A stretch of 64,000 bases of DNA from a bacterium (GTDB lineage: Bacteria > Zhuqueibacterota > Zhuqueibacteria > Residuimicrobiales > Krinioviventaceae): NCBI GenBank assembly GCA_963674595.2, contig CAXXFV010000008.1, forward strand, positions 320,001-384,000, given 5' to 3'. Of the stretch, positions 37,762-46,928 are shown piece after piece. Below the pieces are notes generated by a model. That model saw nothing but the letters and a program-made list of their open reading frames with translations, was not told the DNA's origin and did not search any database. A program made the translations under genes and the position numbers. Positions within the stretch are counted from its first letter, which is position 1. The number at the start of each line of letters is the position of its first letter.

Positions 37762-39096
37762 CTATATCTCCTTCTGAAATGATTTCTTTTCAAGCTCATA
37801 AATCTTTTCAACCTTGGGTAAAGAACCCTGACCTTGAAATTCCGAATTGATCCATGCATCAACAAGCATCTTGGCAAGCTCTGGTCCGACCACTCGTGAA
37901 CCCATGGTTATGACCTGGGCATTATTACTTTTAACCAGGCGCTCTGCAGAATAAACATCATGGCATACGCCGGCATAAACGCCTTCAACCTTGTTTGCAA
38001 CCATGGCCATTCCCAGTCCGGTACCGCAGATAAGAATACCTCGATCAAATTCTTTGTTTTTAATTTTCTGCGCAAGATGAAAGGCAACAGCCGGATAGGC
38101 GGCGCCCTTGTTGTCTCCATTATAGTTCAAGTCGACAATATCGGCTCCGTTTGATTTCATATAGTCATAAATCACTTTTTTAAGATCAATAGCAATATCA
38201 TCACAATCAATAGCAATTCTGTGTGCGGGTTTTGCAGCCTGTTCAACTTCCTGAGAAATCCTTTTCAGATTAGCCAGTCCTTCAACTGCCAATGCTTCGC
38301 CCGAATCAGCCAGTTTACGCCAGATGGCACATAATCCACTCAACTCTTCAAAACTGGGATCAAAAGATTCAATTACCAGTGGGCCATCATAACCCACATT
38401 TTTAACAGCGGTAAAAAGTTCTTTCCATGGCACCAGTCCGGTTCCGGGGATTCCCCGATTATTTTCATTTACATGAAAATAGCCCAGATATTCCTTGCCG
38501 CAGGTTTCAATAGCGCCTTTAATGCTTTGTTCTTCCATCATCATGTGGAAGCAGTCCAGATGGACTTTGACATTCCCGGTACCAACGTCTTTACAATATT
38601 GAACAGCGTCTTCAGCAACATTAAGAAAATGAGTTTCAAAACGGTTTATACATTCAACCGCAATAATCATATCGGATTTCTCTTTGGCATATTTTGCCGC
38701 TTGTTTCATCACATTTACCGACCATTCCCACTCTTGTTCGGTCCTGGGTTGTTTGGTCAGATAGCCCCAGGCAGCATAGTTAACACCGCCAAGGATTTTT
38801 GAATCAAGTTCTATGTTGATATCAACTAATAATTTTAGTGCGTTAACTGCATTTTCCCTGATTTTAGGATCGGGCGATATAGGATTTGTTTGTGGATTCA
38901 ACGTTGTAGTGGTAACGATTTCAATACCGACTTGTCGCGCTTTTTCTTTGACAAGCTGTGTGGGGAATTTTTCCGGGTGTGCAATTGCAATATCCAAGGT
39001 TTCAAATCCCAGTTCTTTCGCTTTTGGGATAATCCATAGGTCTTTTTCGGTAAAAACTTCTGCCCAGATAAATGAATCGACGCCAAATTTAAACAT
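37762..39096 (-). CDS. Fusion of ketose 3-epimerase (psicose/tagatose 3-epimerase-like TIM barrel) and RpiB/DerI-like sugar-phosphate isomerase
   Basis: N-part ECINRFE, HLDCFHM, HVNENNRG, IESF; C-part IAIDCDD, ICGTGLG, SNNAQVITMGSRVVG. Confidence 0.85.
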   Translation of the reverse strand: MFKFGVDSFIWAEVFTEKDLWIIPKAKELGFETLDIAIAHPEKFPTQLVKEKARQVGIEIVTTTTLNPQTNPISPDPKIRENAVNALKLLVDINIELDSKILGGVNYAAWGYLTKQPRTEQEWEWSVNVMKQAAKYAKEKSDMIIAVECINRFETHFLNVAEDAVQYCKDVGTGNVKVHLDCFHMMMEEQSIKGAIETCGKEYLGYFHVNENNRGIPGTGLVPWKELFTAVKNVGYDGPLVIESFDPSFEELSGLCAIWRKLADSGEALAVEGLANLKRISQEVEQAAKPAHRIAIDCDDIAIDLKKVIYDYMKSNGADIVDLNYNGDNKGAAYPAVAFHLAQKIKNKEFDRGILICGTGLGMAMVANKVEGVYAGVCHDVYSAERLVKSNNAQVITMGSRVVGPELAKMLVDAWINSEFQGQGSLPKVEKIYELEKKSFQKEI

Positions 39097-39251
39097 TGAT
39101 ACCTCCTAATGAAATGAATGTTAGTAACCAGAATATAACTTTTGGCATAACCTGTAAAAGGGCCTGGATTCACAAATTTTAGAAATTACAAGTATAAACT
39201 AATTTGAATGACTGTCTTTTTGTCAATTTTAATGTCATCAGGTCTAACTAT

Positions 39252-40625
39252 CTACATACGGTCTACAATAACACCGTTTAAATATTTGCAGGTTTCTTCA
39301 AGAATGTCGGCAAATTGGCCGTGGACGGCGGCACAATGATGGATATAGGGCCCCTCTACCAGGGTGCGTTCCCATTTTGCCCAATCATCAACTTCCAGCC
39401 AGAAATAGGTGCCTTTGGTCCGGGGGCCGTCTGTCCCGCGTCCTTCGCCGATAAACATGCGGTACTCGCCATGATCGCCGTCAAACCGGCAGACCGTGAC
39501 TTCGCCGTCGCGAATTTTCCATTCACCTGTGCCTGTTTTATAGGCCGGGAATATAAAATGGTGCCCCAGCTCTTTGGTGCTGTTCTCATCTGCAAGTGAG
39601 GGCGGAAAATTACCGCAATGCCACAGCAGTTCGGCATTGTCGTTATTCGGGTGACGGACCGTGAGGTCGGCAAAAAAGACAGGAGAACTTTCCAGGGATG
39701 CCGCCTGCATTAAAATAGCTGTTATGGCGCCGTGGATATCCGTCTCACAGGTTACGGGAATACCTTCTTCGGCCAGCAGACCGTTTACCAGACAGGGCAT
39801 AACACCGATTCCTTTTTGCAGTGCGTGCCAGCACTGGATGGCAACACAGGTGCAGCCATTTTGTTCGCAAAGATTGCGGATCGCCAGTTTTAAGGCTGCA
39901 ATTTTTTCCAGGTCCGCTTCGTCATTGGGATTCACCTTGATCGATTTGCGGATTTTTTCCATCGTGTCTGTAAATTTTGTGTCTTTTTTGGCGAGAATGG
40001 CTTTTGACTCTTCAACAAGATCAATAAGAGATAACGGGAATGTCTGTACACCGAAACGTTCCAAAAGTTCGCCTTCATTGCAGATAACCGACCAGAACGG
40101 ATCGGGCCGGGTACCGAGCTGCAGAATACGCAGATTGCGAAATGCTTTAACAGCCGCGCACACGCTGACAAATTTCCGGTAGCCCTGTTCAAACACCGGC
40201 GCATCCGGCCATGAATTTTCGATATAGGTAAAGGGTATATTGAACCTTCTCAATACCTTGCCGGTGGCAAACAGACCGCATTGTGTGTCGCGTGTTCGCA
40301 GGCCGTCTTCCAGCGGAGCGTCGTCTCTGGGACCCCAGAGAAGTACCGGCTTGTTTAGGGCTTTGGCGAGTTTTGCTACAAGGTCTTCGGTCCCGAAATT
40401 ACAGTGCGGGAAAAACAGTCCGTCAACATGAGCCATTTTTTTGATAATGGCCGGCAGGTCTTTTTCCTGGAAAAGCAGTCCCTCGGAATTGATATCATCT
40501 ATATCGACAATATCGGCTCCCCAGTTTGATATTTTGTTGAGAACAAGTGTATGATAACGAAGGGCTTCTTCTTTGCTGAATACGTCCCTTCGGGTCGGGA
40601 CATAGCCAATTGTAATTGTTGCCAT
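39252..40625 (-). CDS. L-fucose/L-arabinose isomerase-family protein
   Basis: NFGTE, RDTQCG, AIQCW, CETDIHGA, WHCG, GPYIHH. Confidence 0.85.
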   Translation of the reverse strand: MATITIGYVPTRRDVFSKEEALRYHTLVLNKISNWGADIVDIDDINSEGLLFQEKDLPAIIKKMAHVDGLFFPHCNFGTEDLVAKLAKALNKPVLLWGPRDDAPLEDGLRTRDTQCGLFATGKVLRRFNIPFTYIENSWPDAPVFEQGYRKFVSVCAAVKAFRNLRILQLGTRPDPFWSVICNEGELLERFGVQTFPLSLIDLVEESKAILAKKDTKFTDTMEKIRKSIKVNPNDEADLEKIAALKLAIRNLCEQNGCTCVAIQCWHALQKGIGVMPCLVNGLLAEEGIPVTCETDIHGAITAILMQAASLESSPVFFADLTVRHPNNDNAELLWHCGNFPPSLADENSTKELGHHFIFPAYKTGTGEWKIRDGEVTVCRFDGDHGEYRMFIGEGRGTDGPRTKGTYFWLEVDDWAKWERTLVEGPYIHHCAAVHGQFADILEETCKYLNGVIVDRM

Positions 40626-40705
40626 AACACAAACTCCTTGTTAATAAAATATATTGAGAATAATAATTTCGAACTCTTTAATTTGTTTGGAGCTGCCTGA
40701 TGCCG

Positions 40706-41164
40706 CTAATATTTTTTATTACTTTTTTCTACCAACCTCGTTATGGTGTCGCATGTAAAGCACTTTTTATTGTGAACGGACATCAGTCCGCCGCATTTTG
40801 AACATTGGTATTTTTCGTTTTGCTCTTTTGCAAATTGTTCAACTCCGATCTTGCCGATATTTGCCAGATTGTCCTTGACGCTCATATCATAATTGTTTTT
40901 ATACCTGGCGTCCATGCGGTTGATTTGTTTGCAGGGATACTGGTCGCATTCAAAACAAAACCGGGCCGCTGCATTTCCATTTAACGTGCTGTTAATACCG
41001 GAGCATTTTGCAAATAAATATAAACACTTATTATTTCCGGGTCGGCAGCCGGAACATTGACTCTGCTTTTTCCTGTTAACATGAGAAAGATAGCGGCTGC
41101 ACACGGCACAATTCATTCCGCAGGGCGCAATGAGTTCTGCCTGATGGGAATAAGGTTTTTTCAT
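40706..41164 (-). CDS. DUF3795-family Cys-rich protein
   Basis: IAPCGMNCAVC, CSGC, FCFECDQYPC, CSKCG. Confidence 0.8.
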   Translation of the reverse strand: MKKPYSHQAELIAPCGMNCAVCSRYLSHVNRKKQSQCSGCRPGNNKCLYLFAKCSGINSTLNGNAAARFCFECDQYPCKQINRMDARYKNNYDMSVKDNLANIGKIGVEQFAKEQNEKYQCSKCGGLMSVHNKKCFTCDTITRLVEKSNKKY

Positions 41165-41269
41165 TTTCCGTCAAATGTTCAAGATGAAATTTTAGTATAT
41201 AAAATATTTATAACAAAACAAAATACAAACAACTAAAAATACAATTTAAATAGCGCTGTTTCGCTGTAA

Positions 41270-41836
41270 TTATGTGGTAATTTTTAATATCCGGGCCTTT
41301 TCCCGTTTTGGCGCTGACGGCTCAATGGCCGGGTACCCGATGATGATCGGGGCGACGATGGTATGATTTTCCGGGATACCGATTTCCGATAAAATGTCCG
41401 GATCGCCTATTTCTTTGGCGAAATTTATCCAGCATGTTCCCAATCCTCTGGAAACGGCCGACATCATTAAATAACTTGCCGCCAATGTGCAATCCAGTTG
41501 TAAATTTTTAACATCACTTTCACCCAATATCATAATCAGGGCCGGTGCATTGTAAAAAATATTCAACGTTTCACTGCTCAACATGTTGAAATATTTTTTT
41601 GCATAATCGTTCGGATTGTTTTTAATGCGGGTCAACAGCGTTTTTTTACAATTGTCCGATATTTTTTGCAGCAGCTCTTTGTTATTGACAATAATATACT
41701 TCCACGGTTGTTCATTGCCCGCGCTTGGCGCTAAAATGCTGTCATCAATGACCTCTTTTAACACATCAATAGATACCGGTTTATCCGTATATTTTCGAAT
41801 CGATCGTCTTTTTAATAATAATTCTGAAAACTGCAT
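41270..41836 (-). CDS. Nitroreductase-family flavoprotein
   Basis: RRSIRKY, APSAGNEQPW, GLGTCW, IIGYP; start ATG 41836. Confidence 0.92.
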   Translation of the reverse strand: MQFSELLLKRRSIRKYTDKPVSIDVLKEVIDDSILAPSAGNEQPWKYIIVNNKELLQKISDNCKKTLLTRIKNNPNDYAKKYFNMLSSETLNIFYNAPALIMILGESDVKNLQLDCTLAASYLMMSAVSRGLGTCWINFAKEIGDPDILSEIGIPENHTIVAPIIIGYPAIEPSAPKREKARILKITT

Positions 41837-41838
41837 AT

Positions 41839-42279
41839 TTATATTCCTTTTAACATTGATTCCAATAATTCTGCTGAGGTTTTGATAAAGTTGGGACACA
41901 GTGTGTGAAACAGGTTTTGTTCCGTTGCTTCCTGTTTGCCTTTTTCCGTGCTGATATCCACCGACAGCAACTCTTTACATTCTGTGGAGCCGTGTTTCTG
42001 AATAAACTTTTCCGTAAATTCACAAACAGCGGTATAGACCTCTTCCCGGTCTTCCATTTGTTCCGAATGTGGACCGCTGAATGCCAGTCCCAAAATCATA
42101 ATAGCGCCGGACACTGCTCCACAGGTTTTGCCCATGCGCATGCCGGCAGCAAATCCGCAGGAAAGATTTAATGCGGACCTGACATCTATATTAAACTGTT
42201 CACAATAGGTTGAAAATATTGCCTGGGAACAGGTATAACCGTCAAGGAATTTGGTTTCTGCTTGTTGTATTTTGGGCAT
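41839..42279 (-). CDS. C_GCAxxG_C_C-family putative redox protein
   Basis: GYTCSQA, GFAAGM, TCGAVSG, C..LL, LCP. Confidence 0.88.
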   Translation of the reverse strand: MPKIQQAETKFLDGYTCSQAIFSTYCEQFNIDVRSALNLSCGFAAGMRMGKTCGAVSGAIMILGLAFSGPHSEQMEDREEVYTAVCEFTEKFIQKHGSTECKELLSVDISTEKGKQEATEQNLFHTLCPNFIKTSAELLESMLKGI

Positions 42280-42352
42280 TTGGGGGTCTTTTAAAAATGT
42301 ACAAACGTTTTTAATAAGTTCACCATCTAGTAGTTATGCCTTGTTTTGTGGT

Positions 42353-43222
42353 TTATTCCATATATGGTTCAAAAAAAGATTTATCAACTTCATATACTGT
42401 TTGTGGTATCATGCCAAGCTCAAGTTGTTCAAACATTTCTACTAACTTTTCTCCATCGACTAGTTCTATTGGTTGCGCACCATCTCTAGTTGCTTCACGT
42501 CTTGCATCTGCCGTAAAACGTCCTGTTGATAAAATAATACCTTTTTCGGCACGACCCATCATGGCACCACGAAAGTCTCTAACTTGAGATGCAGACACAT
42601 TACCATCATAACGCTTGCATTGAAAGAGTACTTGAAAACTTACAAATGAATTTAGTTGTAACACACCGTTGCCATCAATTCCTCCATCTCCAGATCTACC
42701 AGTGACTTCAACTTTTTCAAAACCAGATTCTCTTAATAGTCTTTGACAAATTCTTTCAAAACCGGATGGAGAAAGAGACTTTAGTATTTGAAGTAATTGT
42801 TCACGAGAACCAATAGAAGATGAATTTGGAAGGGGGGCAATGTTGTCATCGTCAATTTCCTTTGAGATAATAGAATTCTCATTAATCTTTTGCTTAGTTG
42901 TTTTATTTTGGACTTCCTGTATTATATCACGTAATTTCTTCTCAGTTAATTCAGGAGTCGTCTGACCTTTTTCTGTTAATGTCCAAACACCCCGTTTTGA
43001 TGAATCAAGGAAACCTGTCGTAGCTAAGTAGAATCTTGCCCAATGAACTTGATTCTTAAACCTTGATTCACCATTTTTAAGTTGCCTATCTAAAATATCG
43101 TCTGAAAGATTAAGAGATTCAGCAATAGAATTACATACTTCATCTGCGCGAGCTGACCCACCTAGTTTCCGTAATTCCATAATAAGTGGATTCATATAAG
43201 TAGCAAATTCAGAGATTGCCAT
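42353..43222 (-). CDS. mrr: Mrr-family (type IV) restriction endonuclease
   Basis: Mrr_N wHTH (NQVHWARFYL..RGVW) and Mrr_cat (FERIC, GDGGIDG, QCKRY, VRDFRGA, IELVDG); ATG 43222 after AAGGGAG. Confidence 0.92.
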   Translation of the reverse strand: MAISEFATYMNPLIMELRKLGGSARADEVCNSIAESLNLSDDILDRQLKNGESRFKNQVHWARFYLATTGFLDSSKRGVWTLTEKGQTTPELTEKKLRDIIQEVQNKTTKQKINENSIISKEIDDDNIAPLPNSSSIGSREQLLQILKSLSPSGFERICQRLLRESGFEKVEVTGRSGDGGIDGNGVLQLNSFVSFQVLFQCKRYDGNVSASQVRDFRGAMMGRAEKGIILSTGRFTADARREATRDGAQPIELVDGEKLVEMFEQLELGMIPQTVYEVDKSFFEPYME

Positions 43223-43241
43223 TTTTCTCTCTCCCTTATGA

Positions 43242-43335
43242 ATACTGTTAAAACCCGTTTTATGGTGGAAAATCAGTTTTTTATAACCGACAAAACAATA
43301 ATACACATTCTGGTAAATTCTCGCAAGGGATTTTT
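43242..43335 (-). repeat. Promoter-bearing dispersed repeat, copy 3 (diverged, internal deletion)
   Basis: GACAAAACAATAATACACATTCTGGTAAATTCTCGCAAG and ATACTGTTAAAACCCG..TGGAAAATCAG match both flanks of copy 1; TTGCGA-N17-TATTAT at 43326-43298. Confidence 0.75.
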
Positions 43336-43431
43336 ATTAAAATGTTACGCATACCCAGGGAACGAGTTTCATTTTTTAATAGGTTGGCGGAATATTAGTC
43401 CGGCTTGTCGGGTTAAGTATATAAAAAGGAA

Positions 43432-44208
43432 TTGTTTATGATACGCGGAGAAGGTATGATAAAGCACGCTGGTTTATGGGTGTTATATATTGTAATTGCT
43501 ATATCAAGCAAAGGATATACAGTCGAGTTTGAATCGGACCGCCCGGATTTTTCCGAGAGTCCGGTTGTTGTCCCGGCGCGCGCGGTGCAGATTGAAAGCG
43601 GTATTGACTTGACTAAAATGAATAGCGTTAAGGAATTTACCTTTCCGGAGGCCATGTTGCGCTTTGGTTTGGGACACCGCAGCGAACTCCGGGTCGGATT
43701 TTCAGGCTGGACGCGCCTGTCCGTTGATGATGTTGCAAATACGTTTATAAACGATTTGGATTTGGAGATCAAATACCAGTTGACCAAACCGGGCGCAGAG
43801 GTGCCTCTGGGTGTGTTGCTGGTATCCACACTGCCCACCGGCGATGACGAAATATCGGTCGGTCGTGCCGAATACGGCGTTATCCTGGCCGGCGGATATG
43901 ACCTGAACGAATTCATGGGACTGGGGATGAATATCGGCGCTGTTGCTGAAAACGATGAAGATGAGCGGGAGCTCGTCTATTCAACCGCACTGGCTATGGA
44001 AGTTGAACTGAATGACCGGCTCGCCGCATTTGTCGAGTTCTATGCGGACATTCCGCAGCATGAAACCTGGCAGCCGCTTATGGACGGCGGGCTTACCTGT
44101 ATGGTGAATCCGGTCACGCAGATTGACTTTTATATCGGCAAAGGATTAAACGATTATGCTCCGGATTTTATCATCGGTGCTGGTTTTTCTTTCCGATTTG
44201 ATTATTGA
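43432..44208 (+). CDS. Outer-membrane beta-barrel, Phenol_MetA_deg/ZbuB-like transporter family
   Basis: SDRPDFSES..VP..VQIESG, LPTG, terminal GAGFSFRF; start uncertain. Confidence 0.75.
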   Translation: MFMIRGEGMIKHAGLWVLYIVIAISSKGYTVEFESDRPDFSESPVVVPARAVQIESGIDLTKMNSVKEFTFPEAMLRFGLGHRSELRVGFSGWTRLSVDDVANTFINDLDLEIKYQLTKPGAEVPLGVLLVSTLPTGDDEISVGRAEYGVILAGGYDLNEFMGLGMNIGAVAENDEDERELVYSTALAMEVELNDRLAAFVEFYADIPQHETWQPLMDGGLTCMVNPVTQIDFYIGKGLNDYAPDFIIGAGFSFRFDY

Positions 44209-44409
44209 TTTTTGTAAACACTCAGCAAAAAAATATACATCGGGGTGTTCACGGGATTGAAAATTCAATAAAAAAGCGTGGAATTATGAAAATATTTTTC
44301 ATATTATGTATACGTTGCAGGAAAAAAGTTTGTAATCAAAAAGGGGATGTTGTATTATTAAAAACGCTGCAATTTAATAAACTTTCAACGAGAGTTTTTG
44401 GGAGAAGCA

Positions 44410-44907
44410 ATGAACATACGACTTTTTGAACCCGGTGATGCTGAATTTTGTTTCAAGGTAAGGGCTGCGGCTTTTATTCAGGAATTTTATAATGAGATCG
44501 GGGCTGCGGCAGTAACGGCCGGCGTGAACAGGTTTATGCCGAATGACTATATTAAAATGGCAGAAAACGCGCCGTTTTTTGTTATTGAACGGGACGTAAA
44601 AAGACTCGGGTTTTTTACCATTAAAAAGTATTCCGAGCAAAAAGCTGAAATTCCCCTGATTTATATTGATCTGAATGAGGTGAAAAGCGGGCTCGGTTCT
44701 TCCGCCATTCGGTTTGTGGAAATCTGGGTGATGAAACACTGGCCCGATGTGACCCGTTTAATTGTTAATACCATTGTTCCCCAATACAACGGCGGTTTTT
44801 ACGAAAAAGCGGGTTTTATCCCCCGCGGCGAGTCTGTCTGCCGTTTATCGGACATGGATGTAAAAGCCATGTGTTTTGAAAAAAAGCTGGTAAAAAAAGC
44901 AGAGTAA
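44410..44907 (+). CDS. GNAT-family acetyltransferase
   Basis: KSGLGS, GGFYEKAGF; ATG 44410 after GGAG. Confidence 0.85.
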   Translation: MNIRLFEPGDAEFCFKVRAAAFIQEFYNEIGAAAVTAGVNRFMPNDYIKMAENAPFFVIERDVKRLGFFTIKKYSEQKAEIPLIYIDLNEVKSGLGSSAIRFVEIWVMKHWPDVTRLIVNTIVPQYNGGFYEKAGFIPRGESVCRLSDMDVKAMCFEKKLVKKAE

Positions 44908-44913
44908 ATAGCT

Positions 44914-45837
44914 TTGAGCCGGAAAACATTGTATTCACTCCTGGGTGTTTTGGCAATTTTGTGCTGGAGTTCTACCTTTGCCTTTAGTCGTCCCCTGGCG
45001 GAAAAACTTGGAATTGTGCGAATGGTGGCCTATATTTTTACTATTGGCGGCCTTTTTGGTGTGTTTTCGGTTTTGGTGCAGCCGGTAAAAAGAAGCGGAC
45101 TGGTACATTTAAACAAAAGATATTTAATTGTTTGCGGTTTGATATTTTTTGTGCATATTTCATGCATGTATACGGCCATCGGCCTGGCCCAAACACGGCA
45201 GCAAATTATCGCGGTCGGATTGATCAATTACCTGTGGCCGGGATTGACGATTCTTTTTTCAATCCCCATATTAAAACAACGCGCCAAACCTGTACTCGTT
45301 ATCGGACTCTTGACCGCAACCATTGGTGTGTTTCTGTCCGGTATTCAGGGCGATACAGAAACCTGGCGACAACTGTTTTTAACCGGATGGCAGCAAAACT
45401 GGCCGGCTTTTTCGTTTTCTTTTGCAGGCGCTGTTTTATGGGCATTGTTTACAAACTTTTCCCGTAAACTGGGAGGCGCATCCGGCAGTGAGGCCATGGC
45501 TTTTTTTATTTTGATTGTCGGACTGGTGTTTTTAATAATCAGTCTGTTTATATCGGATGTCCCGGATTTAAACGGAAGAACGATTTTCGAGTTACTTTAT
45601 ATGGCTGTTGTCGCTACCTTTTTGGGTTATCTGTTTTGGGACATTGCCGTTAAAAAAGGTGATGTTGTTTTTGTGGCTTCCATTTCTTATATAACACCGC
45701 TTTTGGCTACGCTTTGGTCCTGTTTATATTTGGAGATTACGTGCGGCTGGGTGTTATGGCTGGCGGCATTTCTGGTTATCATTGGTTCTGTTATCTGTAA
45801 ATTATCATTATATCCGCAAGAATATAAGTTAAACTAA
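44914..45837 (+). CDS. EamA/DMT-family exporter (YddG-like)
   Basis: 10 TM in two repeats; AILCWS, INYLWP, SYITPL. Confidence 0.85.
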   Translation: MSRKTLYSLLGVLAILCWSSTFAFSRPLAEKLGIVRMVAYIFTIGGLFGVFSVLVQPVKRSGLVHLNKRYLIVCGLIFFVHISCMYTAIGLAQTRQQIIAVGLINYLWPGLTILFSIPILKQRAKPVLVIGLLTATIGVFLSGIQGDTETWRQLFLTGWQQNWPAFSFSFAGAVLWALFTNFSRKLGGASGSEAMAFFILIVGLVFLIISLFISDVPDLNGRTIFELLYMAVVATFLGYLFWDIAVKKGDVVFVASISYITPLLATLWSCLYLEITCGWVLWLAAFLVIIGSVICKLSLYPQEYKLN

Positions 45838-45853
45838 AATTGGGAACAGTAGA

Positions 45854-46888
45854 ATGGGTTTTAAGGTAAAATTTACGACAAAGAAACTTTTATTACAGCA
45901 CACCTGGACAATTTCCCGTGAAAGCACGAATGAAAAAAATAATGTATTTGTGGCCTTGGAACAGGACGGGATAACCGGCTGGGGCGAGGCAGCCCCGAAC
46001 ATTCGTTATAATGAAAACTCGGTCAAAGTAAGTGAAACTCTTGAAAAAATGAGTCAGATCCTGGAAAATTGTGATCCGATGTGTTTTTTTGATGTTATGA
46101 CTGATTTGAACAAACATTTTACAGGGGATTTTTCCGCCAAATCGGCTGTGGACATTGCCTTGCTTGATTGGGTGTGCAAATCTTTAAATATACCGTTGTA
46201 CCGACTATGGGGACTGGACCCGTTAAAAACGCCGAAAACCAGTTTTTCCATAGGCATTGACAGTTTGGAAAGTATCAAACAAAAAGTAAAAGAAGCGGAA
46301 GAATATCCGATTTTAAAAATTAAATTGGGCAAAGACAATGACCGGGAAATCATTCAAACCATCCGGCAGGTAACGGACAGGGTGGTTCGCGTTGACGTGA
46401 ATGAAGCCTGGACCGATAAAGAAAAAGCGTTGCGGGAAATAGAGTGGCTGGCTGAGAATAATGTAGAATTTGTGGAACAGCCCATGCCGGCTGCCATGAA
46501 AGACGAAGCCGCGTGGCTGTGTGCCCGTTCTCCTTTGCCGTTAATTGCCGATGAAGCTGTGAAAACGACCGCCGATATTCTTGATCTGCCCGGGCACTAT
46601 CATGGCATTAATATAAAAATAGACAAATCCGGAGGTCTTCAGGAAGCCCTTAAAATGATAACATTGGCCAGAACCGTGGGATTAAAAGTGATGCTGGGAT
46701 GTATGGTGTCCAGTTCAGTTACCATAACAGCCGCAGCCCATTTGACTCCTTTGGTGGATTATGCCGACCTGGACGGCAATCTGTTGATCTCAAACGATCC
46801 TTTTAGCGGTGTAACTGTGGACGATGGAAAGCTGATTTTACCCGAGCGGCCCGGAATCGGTGTTGTTGAAACCGAACAATTGTTTTAA
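45854..46888 (+). CDS. Dipeptide (L-Ala-D/L-Glu) epimerase, enolase superfamily
   Basis: GWGEA, LKIKLG, VDVNE, EQP, ADE, INIK, GCM, DLDG. Confidence 0.9.
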   Translation: MGFKVKFTTKKLLLQHTWTISRESTNEKNNVFVALEQDGITGWGEAAPNIRYNENSVKVSETLEKMSQILENCDPMCFFDVMTDLNKHFTGDFSAKSAVDIALLDWVCKSLNIPLYRLWGLDPLKTPKTSFSIGIDSLESIKQKVKEAEEYPILKIKLGKDNDREIIQTIRQVTDRVVRVDVNEAWTDKEKALREIEWLAENNVEFVEQPMPAAMKDEAAWLCARSPLPLIADEAVKTTADILDLPGHYHGINIKIDKSGGLQEALKMITLARTVGLKVMLGCMVSSSVTITAAAHLTPLVDYADLDGNLLISNDPFSGVTVDDGKLILPERPGIGVVETEQLF

Positions 46889-46928
46889 CCAACCAGACTT
46901 TTTTTAATAATTAAAAAGAGGAAAGACC

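Noticed and set aside
41839-42279. Possible selenoprotein, as this family can contain Sec
   Set aside because: All motif positions are ordinary Cys codons; no in-frame TGA.
42290-42352. GCATAAC just after the mrr stop, resembling an attC inverse core
   Set aside because: No matching GTTRRRY core or pairing arm downstream.
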